From Cyanophora paradoxa CCMP329 (taxonomy: Eukaryota > Plantae > Glaucophyta), in assembly GCA_004431415.1 (NCBI GenBank), contig QPMI01000108.1, positions 1 to 31,839 on the forward strand: DNA of 31,839 nucleotides. The letters are read 5' to 3'. The translations under genes and the position numbers were made by a program. Shown in pieces: positions 1 to 11,640 of the stretch; within the stretch, counting starts at the first letter, position 1; every line of letters starts with the position of its first letter. The notes below the pieces were generated by a model. That model saw only the letters and a list, made by a program, of their open reading frames with translations, was not told the origin of the DNA and ran no database searches.

Positions 1-454
1 CCCGCGCTAGAGGGAGACACTGGGGGATTGCGGTCTGGGGGCGGGGCCGGAGGACGCAACACCAACAAATGGAGGCGGCGGAGGCGACGGCAGGAGGCGG
101 CCAGTAGCCCAATCTACTGGGGCTGGCGAGGAGCCTGGCACACGGCGCGGCGAGGCCCTTGGGCAGCGCTGGCGGCGGACATACCATGATTGGGAGTCTT
201 TTGTAGAGATAGGACCTCGTAGCCGGGAGTTTAGGTTGGTTTAGAAATCGATACAGCTAGCTTCCACATCATTAGTATTAGTTAGAAAACCTCCTTAGCT
301 AGATATCTAGACACGAAACCTTCAAACCTTTCGTTCATTTTGTACTTTCTAAAGCACAGCATACGACGGTCCTCGATAGTATCTAGTCGGAGAGATTTAT
401 TGGGCGATGTGAAACTCATTGTAGTTGTGTTGTGTGCTAATGCAAGAGATTTTC
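1..454. other. Non-array flank (unique sequence or end of another element); GC-rich 1-180, AT-richer 181-454
   Basis: No match to the repeat unit. Homology to the unit starts abruptly at gccgtgcaggatcgaa (455), in mid-unit. Contains a 7-bp-stem hairpin ccagtag-cccaat-ctactgg (101-120) and a 12-bp palindrome ctagatatctag (299-310). Confidence 0.6.
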
Positions 455-1020
455 GCCGTGCAGGATCGAATTTTTGCCATCGGGCACATTCCTGCGCTGT
501 TCCGGCTGCGAAAAGCGGATATCTGGAGTGCGCAGGCCCTGCTATGTCTATGCGCGCCAGTACGCATCGATTGCGCGCGTCGGGGGACCGGGCGGAACCG
601 GCAGGATCAAAATTTCGGCCGACTCTCTGGAGTGGAGCGTCGGCGGCGGCCGAAATCGAGCTTGCCACAATGCGCGCGCTCTTGGCTGTCATTGTGACCG
701 TTCTGGGACATCCCTGGCGCGCTTTCGTCGCGGGCCGGGCGGGACCGGGTCCCACTTTTTGGCGCTTCGCGATCGAACCGGGGGTATATAAATACCGGAA
801 TCGATCCAGGAGCGAAATTCGATTTTCGCGCGGGGACCCAGGAGTCCGGACGGAATTTGAGGGGAGCCACGAGTCCAAAAATAAGTGTAATGTCCGTGTT
901 CAGCTATGTAACGTCGGAGACCGTTCGCCTTCATCGTGGAGGTTGTCAAGCTCGACGCTCGGACCAATCGGATTCGAGTGGAAAAAAAATAATTTCGCCC
1001 GTTCACCATCGACCTACGGA

Positions 1021-1080
1021 AGAGGCTTCGCCCGACAAGCCCTGGGCCCCTGCGGGTCCCAACCATCGGGCGAAGCCTCT
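1021..1080. other. Hairpin cassette of the repeat unit (example copy): 15-bp perfect inverted repeat enclosing a triloop hairpin
   Basis: agaggcttcgcccga (1021-1035) is the exact reverse complement of tcgggcgaagcctct (1066-1080). The inner gggcccc-tgc-gggtccc lies at 1044-1060. The inner hairpin and right arm are present in most units. Confidence 0.85.
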
Positions 1081-2428
1081 GCCGCCCCCTTCGCGTCCCC
1101 CTTATTCATCGCGGCCCGTCGCGGCCCCGCCCGTATTTATTTCATGAGTCGCCGCGGTCCCCGTCCCGGTCCCCTTATTTATCGCGGGCCGTCGTAGCTG
1201 GGCCGAGTGGGGTAGGGTGGCGCCTGGCGGGGCGATGAAATGAAAGGGGAGGGGAGGGATCCTGAGAGCGAATATATATAATTAGGGGAGGAGTTGTCCT
1301 GAGAGGAGTTGTGCTCAGAGAATATAATTATGTAATCAGGGGAATTAATATTGCTGGGGCTGAGAGAATATAACGAGGGGGGGATGGTGCTGCCAATCAG
1401 CTAGCTGTAGTTGACCTGGAGGCGCTGAGGAAATTGACAGGAGAGTGTTGAGGGGAGGGGCGAGGTTCTCGCGGCCAGCTGCAGGCGCATGCACAGAGTT
1501 CATGCATCTCTTAAACAGAATCTCGCGGATGGGAGGATTGAGAATCTCGCGGCGAGGCGCATGCGTAGAGCTTGTGAATTGCTTAAACAGAATCTGGAAT
1601 GCGCTCTCTGTCGATGTGCAGGGCTACGGAGGCGAGGGCGCGCGAAAATACATGCAGGCGCTGAGGAAATTGACAGGAGAGCGTTGACGGGAGGATTGAG
1701 AATCTCGCGGCCAGGCGCATGCGTAGAGCTTGTGAATCGTTTAAACAGACTCTCGGATACATACATGATCGATGTCCAGGGATACGGAGGCGAGGGCGCG
1801 CGAAAATACATGCAGGCCTGTCCAGGATGGGGAATTTGGCGTCGGCTGGGTTCTCGTGCTCCGTCGCGTCCGCAGAGCTTGCGAAACGCTTTGAAAAGAT
1901 GTTTAATAAATACTGTAGCGATGGCATGGGTGAGGACGCGAGGGCGTGCGGAAAGATGCGCAGGTCCGTCCAGGATCAAATTTTGGGGTCGGCTGGATCC
2001 TGGCGGCCCGGCGCATCAGTTAAGCATGGAGAATGCATTTTCTACATCTCCAATGCTTATACTATTGATCCGCGCATGCGCCGCGACGTCGGCGCGCGGA
2101 AAGATGTCCGGGGCCGTGCAGGATCGAATTTTTGCCATCGGCACATTCCTGCGCTGTTCCGGCTGCGAAAAGCGGATATCTGGAGTGCGCAGGCCCTGCT
2201 ATGTCTATGCGCGCCAGTACGCATCGATTGCGCGCGTCGGGGGACCGGGCGGAACCGGCAGGATCAAAATTTCGGCCGACTCTCTGGAGTGGAGCGTCGG
2301 CGGCGGCCGAAATCGAGCTTGCCACAATGCGCGCGCTCTTGGCTGTCATTGTGACCGTTCTGGGACATCCCTGGCGCGCTTTCGTCGCGGGACCGGGCGG
2401 GACCGGGTCCCACTTTTTGGCGCTTCGC

Positions 2429-2462
2429 GATCGAACCGGGGGTATAAATACCGGAATCGATC
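2429..2462 (+). promoter_or_regulatory. TATA-box-like TATAAATA centred in an imperfect ~34-bp palindrome (example copy; one per unit)
   Basis: gatcgaaccgg(gg)-gtat-aa-atac-cggaatcgatc. TATAAATA is intact in 18 of 21 landmarks, TATAAAA at 28945, degenerate at 10947 and 30445. Promoter function is not demonstrated. Confidence 0.35.
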
Positions 2463-3094
2463 CAGGAGCGAAATTCGATTTTCGCGCGGGGACCCAGGAG
2501 TCCGGACGGAATTTGAGGGGAGCCACGAGTCCAAAAATAAGTGTAATGTCCGTGTTCAGCTATGTAACGTCGGAGACCGTTCGCCTCATCGTGGAGGTTG
2601 TCAAGCTCGACGCTCGGACCAATCGGATTCGAGTGGAAAAAAAATAATTTCGCCCGTTCACACATCGACCTACGGAAGAGGCTTCGCCCGACAAGCCCTG
2701 GGCCCCTGCGGGTCCCAACCATCGGGCGAAGCCTCTGCCGCCCCTTCGCGTCCCCCTTATTCATCGCGGCCCGTCGCGGCCCCCGCCCGTATTTATTTCA
2801 TGAGTCGCCGCGGTCCCCGTCCCGGTCCCCTTATTTATCGCGGGCCGTCGTAGCTGGGCCGAGTGGGGTAGGGTGGCGCCTGGCGGGGCGATGAAATGAA
2901 AGGGGAGGGGAGGGATCCTGAGAGCGAATATATATAATTAGGGGAGGAGTTGTCCTGAGAGGAGTTGTGCTCAGAGAATATAATTATGTAATCAGGGGAA
3001 TTAATATTGCTGGGGCTGAGAGAATATAACGAGGGGAGGGAAGGTGCTGCCAACCAGCTAGCTGTAGTTGACCTGGAGGCGCTGAGGAAATTGA

Positions 3095-3980
3095 CAGGAG
3101 TGTTGAGGGGAGGATTGAGAATCTCGCGGCCAGGCGCATGCGTAGAGCTTGTGAATTGCTTAAACAGAATCTCGAATGCGTAGAGGATCGATGTGCGCAT
3201 GCAGGGCTACGGAGGCGAGGGCGCGCAAATACATGCAGGCCTGTCCAGGATCGAAAATTTGGCGTTGGCTGGGATATCATGCTCTGTCGCGTCCGCAGAG
3301 CTTGTGAAAGGCTTTGAAAAGATGTTAAATACATACTGTAGCGACGAGCATGGGTGAGGACGCGAGGGCGTGTGGAAAGATGCGCAGGTCCGTCCAGGAT
3401 CGAATTTTCGGGGTCGGCTGGGTCCTCGCGGTCCGGCGCATCTGCAGAGCGCGCGGAAGGCCTCTTCTACATCTCAAATGCATATGCTATTGATCCGCGC
3501 ATGCGCCGCGGCGTCGGCGCGCGGAAAGATGTCCGGGGGTGTGCAGGATCGAATTTTCGCCATCGGGTACCTTCCTGAGCTGGCCCGGCTCCGAAAAGCG
3601 GATATCTGGGATGCGCAGGCCCTGCTATGTCTATGCGCGCCAGTACGCATCGAATGCGCGCGCGCCGCGGGACCGGACGGAACTGGCAGGATCAGATTTT
3701 CGGCCGACTCTTCGCACTGGAGCGTCGACGGCGGCCGAAATCGAGCTTGCAGCGATGCGCGCGCCGCCTGCTCTGTCGTTCTGCATTGCACTGGGGCGTC
3801 CCTGGCGCGCTTTCGTCGCGGGACCGGGCGGACCGGGTCCCACTTTTTGGGGTTTCGCGATCGAACCGTGGTATAAATACCGGAATCGATCCGTGAGGGA
3901 AATTCGATTTTCGCGCGATGCCCACGGGAGAGCGATCGTCTTGGGTAAATTCTAGGGGAGCTATGAGTGCGAAAATAGAT
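3095..3980 (+). repeat. Internal ~149-bp degenerate monomers (about six per unit; example copy)
   Basis: caggatc(g/a)a-like anchors at 3246, 3395, 3544 and 3687 (spacing 149, 149, 143). Weaker homologues lie at ~3095 and ~3834 (ggaccgg.cgg at 3670 and 3821, 151 apart). Shared downstream motifs include ggctggg, tcgcgg.c.ggcgcat, gagcttg and atctc.aatgc. Confidence 0.8.
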
Positions 3981-6900
3981 CAATGGAGCCGTGTAACTCT
4001 GTGTGACGTCGGAGACCGTTCGCCTTCATTGCGGAGGTGGCGAATCTGGACGCTCGGACGAATCGGACTCGATTGGAAAAAAAATAGAATCGGGCGTTCA
4101 CCATCGACCTACGGAAGAGGCTTCGCCCGACAAGCCCTGGGCCCCTGCGGGTCCCAAACATCGGGCGAAGCCCTTGCCGCCCCCTTGGCGTCCCCTTGTT
4201 CATCGCGGCCCGTCGCGGCCTCCTCCTCCCCGTGCGGCTGGGTCCTCGCGGCCCGGCGCATTTGGAGACCGTGCAAAAGGCTTCGTATACATCTCAAATG
4301 CTTATGCTATTGATCCGCGCATGCGCCGCGGCGTGGGCGCGCGGAAAGATGTCCGGGCCTGTGCAGGATCGAAGTTTTGCCATCGGGCACCTTCCTGCGC
4401 TGTTCTGGCTCCGAAAAGCAGATATCTGGAGTGCGCAGTCCCTGCTATGTCTATGCGCGCCGGTACGCGTCGAATGCGCGCGTCGGGGGACCGGACGGAA
4501 CTGGCAGGATCAAAATTTCGGCCGACTCTTCGGACTGGAGCGTTGGTGGCGGCCGAAATCGAGCTCGCAGCGGTGCGCGCGCCCTTGGCTGTCATTGTGA
4601 CCGCTCTGGCACATCCCTGGCGCGCTTTCGTCGCGGGACCGGGTCCCACTTTTTGGAGTTTCGCGATCGAACCGGGGTATAAATACCGGAATTGATCCGT
4701 GAGGGAAATTCGATTTTCGCGCGACGCTCACGGGAGAGCGATCAAATCGTCTTGGGTAAATTCTAGGGGAGCTATGGGTGCGAAAATAGATCAATGGAGG
4801 CGTGTAACTCTGTGTGACGTCGGAGATCGTTCGCCTTCATTGCGGAGGTTGCGAACCTGGACGCTCGGATGAATCGCGGAGCAGTGGAAAAAAAATAGAA
4901 TCGGGCGTTCACCATTGACCTACGGAAGAGGCTTCGCCCGATCTGGATTTCCGACAATCCCTGGGCCCCTGCGGGTCCCAAACATCGGGCAAAGCCCTTG
5001 CCGCCCCCTTCGCGTCCCCCTTGTTCATCGCGGCCCGTCGCGGCCTCCTCCTCCCCGTGCGGCTGGGTCCTCGCGGCCCGGCGCATTTGGAGACCGTGCA
5101 AAAGGCTTCGTATACATCTCAAATGCTTATGCTATTGATCCGCGCATGCCCGCGGCGTGGGCGCGCGGAAAGATGTCCGGGCCTGTGCAGGATCGAATTT
5201 TTGCCATCGGGCACCTTCCTGCGCTGTTCCGGCTCCGAAAAGCAGATATCTGGAGTGCGCAGGCCCTGCTATGTCTATGCGCGCCGAGTACGCGTCGAAT
5301 GCGCGCGTCGGGGGACCGGACGGAACTGGCAGGATCAAAATTTCGGCCGACTCTTCGGACTGGAGCGTTGGTGGCGGCCGAAATCGAGCTCGCAGCGGTG
5401 TGCGCGCCTTGGCTGTCATTGTGACCGCTCTGGCACATCCCTGGCGCGCTTTCGTCGCAGCACCGGGCGGGACCGGGTCCCACTTTTTGGAGTTTCGCGA
5501 TCGAACCGGGGTATAAATACCGGAATTGATCCGTGAGGGAAATTCGATTTTCGCGCGACGCTCACGGGAGAGCGATCAAATCGTCTTGGGTAAATTCAAG
5601 GGGAGCTATGGGTGCGAAAATAGATCAATGGAGGCGTGTAACTCTGTGTGACGTCGGAGATCGTTCGCCTTCATTGCGGAGGTCGCGAATCTGGACGCTC
5701 GGACGAATCGCGGAGCAGTGGAAAAAAATAGAATCGGGCGTTCACCATTGACCTACGGAAGAGGCTTCGCCCGACAAGCCCTGGGCCCCGCGGTCCCAAC
5801 CATCGGGCGAAAGCCTCTGCCGCCCCCTTCGCGTCCCCCTTATTCATCGCGGCCCGTCGCGGCCCCCCCGTATTTATTTCATGAGTCGCCACGGTCCCCG
5901 TCCCGGTCCCCTTATTTATCGCGGGCCGTCGTAGCTGGCCGGGTGGGGTAGGGTGGGGCCTGCGGGGCGATGAAAATTTAAGGGGAGGGGAGGGATCCTG
6001 AGAGCGAATATATATATATAATTAGGGAGGAGTTTGTCCTGAGAGGAGTTGTGCTCAGAGAATATAATTATGTAATCAGGGAATTATATTGCTGGGGCTG
6101 AGAGAATATAACGAGGGAGGGAAGGTGCTGCCAACCAGCTAGCTGTAGTTGACCTGGAGGCGCTGAGGAAATTGACAGGAGAGTGTTGAGGGGAGGATTG
6201 AGATCTCGCGGCCAGGCGCATGCGTAGAGCTTGTGAATTGCTTAAACAGAATCTCGAATGCGTAGAGGATCGATGTGCGCATGCAGGGCTACGGAGGCGA
6301 GGGCGCGCAAATACATGCAGGCCTGTCCAGGATCGAAAATTTGGCGTTGGCTGGGATATCATGCTCTGTCGCGTCCGCAGAGCTTGTGAAAGGCTTTGAA
6401 AAGATGTTAAATACATACTGTAGCGACGGGAATGGGTGAGGACGCGAGGGCGCGTGGAAAGATGCGCAGGTCCGTCCAGGATCGAATTTTCGGGGTCGGC
6501 TGGGTCTCGCGGTCCGGCGCATCTGCAGAGCGCGGGAAGCCTCTTCTACATCTCAAAATGCATATGCTATTGATCCGCGCATGCGCCGCGGTGTCGGCGC
6601 GCGGAAGATGTCCGGGGTGTGCAGGATCGAATTTTCGCCATCGGGTACCTTCCTGAGCTGGCCCGGCTCCGAAAAGCGGATATCTGGATGCGCAGGCCCT
6701 GCTATGTCTATGCGCGCCAGAACGCATCGAATGCGCGCGCCGCGGGACCGGACGGAACTGGCAGGATCAGATTTTCGGCGACTCTTCGCACGGAGCGTCG
6801 ACGGCGGCCGAAATCGAGCTTGCAGCGATGCGCGCGCCCTGCTCTGTCGTTCTGCATTGCACTGGGGCGTCCCTGGCGCGCTTTCGTCGCGGGACCGGCG

Positions 6901-8368
6901 GACCGGGTCCACTTTTTGGGTTCGCGATCGAACCGTGGTATAAATACCGGAATCGATCCGTGAGGGAAATTCGATTTTCGCGCGATGCCCACGGGAGAGC
7001 GATCGTCTTGGGTAAATTCTAGGGAGCTATGAGTGCGAAAATAGATCAATGGAGCCGTGTAACTCTGTGTGACGTCGGAGACCGTTCGCCTTCATTGCGG
7101 AGGTTGCGAATCTGGACGCTCGGACGAATCGGACTCGATTGGAAAAAAAATAGAATCGGCGTTCACCATCGACCTACGGAAGAGGCTTCGCCCGACAAGC
7201 CCTGGGCCCTGCGGGTCCCAAACATCGGGCGAAGCCTCCGTCGCCCCTTGGCGTCCCCTTGTTCATCGCGGCCCGTCGCGGCCCGCCCCTCCCTTTGCCC
7301 CAAGTCCCCGTCCCGGTCCCTTATTTATCGCGGGCCGTCGTGGCTCTCGTGGCTGGGTGCACGTGGGGTATGTGGGCCTGGCGGCCGCGGAGGGAGGGAT
7401 CCTGAGAGGGAATATAATTAGGGGAGGAGTTGTTCTGAGAGGAATGTGCTCAGAGAATATGATTATGTAATTAGGGGAATTAATGTTGCTGGGGCTGAGA
7501 GAATATAATGAGGGGAGGGTGGTGCTGCCAATCAGCTAGATGTTGTTGACCTGGAGCCTCGAAGGCGCGGAGGAAATTGACAGGAGAGTGTCGAGGGGAG
7601 GACTGAGAATCTCGCGCCAGGCGCATGCGCAGAGCTTATGAATCGCTGAGCAGAATCTCGATGCATACACCATCGATTTCCAGGTGCAGAGCTGCAGAGG
7701 CGAGGGCGGGCAGAAATATGTGTAGGCCTGTGCAGGATCGAAATTTGGCGTCGGCTGGGTTCTGGTGCTCTCTCGCCGCACAGAGCTTGGAAAAGGCTTT
7801 GAAAAGAGCTCAAATGATTACTGTAGCGATGGGCGTGCGTGGGGATGCGATGGCGCGCGGAAAGATGCACAGGTCCGTCCAGGATCGAATTTTCGGGGTC
7901 GGCTGGGTCCTCGCGGCCCGGCGCATCTGCAAAGCGCGCGGAATGCTTCTTCTACATCTCAAATGCTTGTACTATTGATGCGCGCGCGCGCCTCGGCGTG
8001 GGCGCGCGGAAAGTTGCCCGGGGCTGTGCAGGATCGAATTTCTGCCATCGGGCACCTTCCTGCGCTGTTCCGGCTCCGAAAAGCGGATATCTGGAGTGCG
8101 CAGGCCCTGCTATGTCTATGCGCGCCAGTACGCATCGAATGTGCGTGTCGGGGGACCGGGCGGAACCGGCTGGCTCAAAGTTTGGGCCGACTCTTCGGAC
8201 TGGAGCGTCGGCGGCGGCCGAAATCGAGCTTGCAGCGGTGCGCGCGCCCTTGACTCTCATTCTGAAGCGGTCTGGGGCGTCCCTGGCGCGCTTTCGTCGC
8301 GGGACCGGGCGGGACCAGGTCCCACTTTTTGCGGTTTCGCGATCGAACCGTGGTATAAATACCGGAAT

Positions 8369-8455
8369 CGATCCTGGAGGGAAATTCGATTTTCGTCCGA
8401 TGCCCACGGGAGAGCGATCCTGGAGGGAAATTCGATTTTCGTCCGATGCCCACTG
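8369..8455 (+). repeat. 46-bp tandem duplication inside the unit (copied again at ~9670-9755)
   Basis: atcctggagggaaattcgattttcgtccgatgcccac at 8371 and 8417, bounded by cgatc microhomology. Confidence 0.85.
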
Positions 8456-11377
8456 GGCCACGGGAGAGCGATCATCTTGGGTAAATTCTAGGGGAGCTAT
8501 GAGTGCGAAAATAGATCAATGGAGCCGTGTAACTCTGTGTGACGTCGGAGATCGTTCGCCTTCATTGCGGAGGTCGCGAATCAGGACGCTCGGACCAATC
8601 GCATTCGAGTGGAAAAAAAATAGAATCGGGCGTTCACCATCGACCTACGGACAAGCCCTGGGCCCCTGCGGGTCCCAAAGGTCGGGCGAAGCCTCAGCCG
8701 CCCTCCTCGCGCCCCCCTTTATCATCGCGGCCCGTCGCGGCTGTCGGTGGGTCCGTGGGGCAGGGAGAGGGGAGGGGAGGGCTGGTGAGAGGAAATATAA
8801 ATAGGGGAGCAGTACGCGTCCCCCTTTAATTATTTATCGCGGCCCGTCGCGGCTGTCAGTAGAGGGAGAGGGGAGGGGAGGGCTGGTGAGAGGGAATATA
8901 ATATGGGAGGAGTTGTCCTGAGAGGAGTTGTCCTGAGAGAATATAATTTTGTAATCAGGGGAATTGCTGCAGCTGAGAGAGAATCATTTGAATATAATGA
9001 GGGGAGGGTGGTGCTGCCAATCAGCTAGCTGTAGTTGAGCTCGAGGCCCTGAGGAAATTGAGAGGAGATTGTCGAGGGACGGGCGAGGTTGTCGCGGCCA
9101 GGCGCATGCACAGAGCTTATAAATCGCTTAAACAGAATCTTCAATGCATACATGATCGATGTCCAGGGCTGCGGAGGGCGCGCGGAAAGATGCGCAGGTC
9201 GTCCAGGATCGAATTTTCGGGGTCGGCTGGGTCCTCGCGGCCCGGCGCATTTAGAGACCGTGCGAAAGGCTTCTTCTACATCTCAAATGCGTATACTATT
9301 GATCCGCGCATGCGCCGCGGCCTGGGCGTGCGGAAGTTGCCCGGGCCGTGGAGGATCGAATTTCTGCCGTCGGGCACCTTCCTGCGCTGTTCCGGCTCCG
9401 AAAAGCGGGTATCTGGAGTGCGCAGGCCGTGCTATGTCTATGCGCGCCAGTACGCATCGATTGCGCGCGTCGCGGTACCGGCCGGAACCGGCAGGATCAA
9501 AAGTTCGGCCGACTCTTTCGACTGGAGCGTTGGCGGCGGCCGAAATCGAGCTTGTGGCGATGCGCACGCCCTCGGCTCTCATTCTGTACCGTTTTGGGGC
9601 GTCGCTGGCGCGGGACCGGGTCCCACTTTTTGGGATTTCGCGATCGAACCGTGGTATAAATACCGGAATCGATCCTGGAGGGAAATTCGATTTTCGTCCG
9701 ATGCCCACGGGAGAGCGATCCTGGAGGGAAATTCGATTTTCGTCCGATGCCCACTGGGCCACGGGAGAGCGATCATCTTGGGTAAATTCTAGGGGAGCTA
9801 TGAGTGCGAAAATAGATCAATGGAGCCGTGTAACTCTGTGTGACGTCGGAGATCGTTCGCCTTCATTGCGGAGGTCGCGAATCAGGACGCTCGGACCAAT
9901 CGCATTCGAGTGGAAAAAAAATAGAATCGGGCGTTCACCATCGACCTACGGACAAGCCTGGCCCCTGCGGGTCCCAAAGGTCGGGCGAAGCCTCAGCCGC
10001 CCTCCTCGCGCCCCCTTTATCATCGCGGCCCGTCGCGGCTGTCGGTGGGTCCGTGGGGCAGGGAGAGGGAGGGAGGGCTGGTGAGAGGAAATATAAATAG
10101 GGAGCAGTACGCGTCCCCTTTAATTATTTATCGCGGCCCGTCGCGGCTGTCAGTAGAGGCAGAGGGGAGGGGAGGGCTGGTGAGAGGGAATATAATATGG
10201 GAGGAGTTGTCCTGAGAGAGTTGTCCTGAGAGAATATAATTTTGTAATCAGGGGAATTGCTGCAGCTGAGAGAGAATCATTTGAATATAATGAGGGAGGG
10301 TGGTGCTGCCAATCAGCTAGCTGTAGTTGAGCTCGAGCCCTGAGGAAATTGAGAGGAGATTGTCGAGGGACGGCGAGGTTGTCGCGGCCAGGCGCATGCA
10401 CAGAGCTTATAAATCGCTTAAACAGAATCTTCAATGCATACATGATCGATGTCCAGGGCTGCGGAGGGCGCGCGGAAAGATGCGCAGGTCCGTCCAGGAT
10501 CGAATTTTCGGGGTCGGCTGGGTCCTCGCGGCCCGGCGCATTTAGAGACCGTGCGAAAGGCTTCTTCTACATCTCAAATGCGTATACTATTGATCCGCGC
10601 ATGCGCCGCGGCCTGGGCGTGCGGAAAGTTGCCCGGGGCCGTGGAGGATCGAATTTCTGCCGTCGGGCACCTTCCTGCGCTGTTCCGGCTCCGAAAAGCG
10701 GGTATCTGGAGTGCGCAGGCCGTGCTATGTCTATGCGCGCCAGTACGCATCGATTGCGCGCGTTGCGGTACCGGCCGGAACCGGCAGGATCAAAAGTTCG
10801 GCCGACTCTTTCGATTGGAGCGTTGGCGGCGGCCGAAATCGAGCTTGTGGCGATGCGCACGCCCTCGGCTCTCATTCTGTACCGTTTTGGGGCGTCGCTG
10901 GCGCGGGACCGGGTCCCACTTTTTGGGATTTCGCGATCGCGGCCAGGGTATAAGTATTGGAATTGATCCGAGAGGGAAATTCGATTTTTCGTGCGAGGAC
11001 CCAGGAGTGCAGATCGAATTTGAGGGGAGCCACGAGTCCAAAAATAAGTGTAACGTCCGTGTCGAGCCAAGTGACGTCGGAGACCGTTCGCCTTCATTGT
11101 GGAGGTTGTCAACCTCGACGCTCGGACCAATCGGACTCGACTGGAAAAAAAATAAATGGGCACGTTCACCATCGATCTACGGAAGAGGCTTCGCCCGAAG
11201 AGGCTTCGCCCGACAAGCCCTGGGCCCCTGCGGGTCCCAAACATCGGGCGAAGCCTCTGCCGCCCCCTTCGCGTCCCCCTTATTCATCGCGGCCCGTCGC
11301 GGCCCCGCCCGTATTTATTTCATGAGTCGCCGCGGTCCCCGTCCCGGTCCCCTTATTTATCGCGGGCCGTCGTAGCT

Positions 11378-11640
11378 GGGCCGGGTGGGGTAGGGTGGGG
11401 CCTGGCGGGGCGATGAAATTTAAGGGGAGGGGAGGGATCCTGAGAGCGAATATATATATATAATTAGGGGAGGAGTTGTCCTGAGAGGAGTTGTGCTCAG
11501 AGAATATAATTATGTAATCAGGGGAATTAATATTGCTGGGGCTGAGAGAATATAACGAGGGGAGGGAAGGTGCTGCCAACCAGCTAGCTGTAGTTGACCT
11601 GGAGGCGCTGAGGAAATTGACAGGAGAGTGTTGAGGGGAG
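11378..11640 (+). other. G-quadruplex motif plus purine-rich, C-poor block of the unit (example copy)
   Basis: gggccgggtggggtagggtgggg (11378-11400) has five G3+ tracts. It is followed by ggggaggggaggg and short sub-repeats (ctgagaggagttgt; gagaatataa). The G3TG4TAG3TG4 core also occurs at ~5941, ~15971 and ~23822. Confidence 0.6.

Noticed and set aside
1-187. Minus-strand open frame from ATG at 187 running off the window
   Set aside because: Only ~62 codons visible, Pro/Ala-rich, no recognisable homology; cannot be supported as a CDS.
1000-1085. HDV-like ribozyme (ggcgaa resembles J4/2)
   Set aside because: Could not assemble P1, P3/L3 and P1.1. The motif is better explained as a GAA mini-hairpin / inverted-repeat arm.
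1420-1460. Hammerhead ribozyme core (ctgagga fits CUGANGA)
   Set aside because: No stem II followed by GAAA, and no stems I/III could be built. No CUGANGA conserved on the minus strand.
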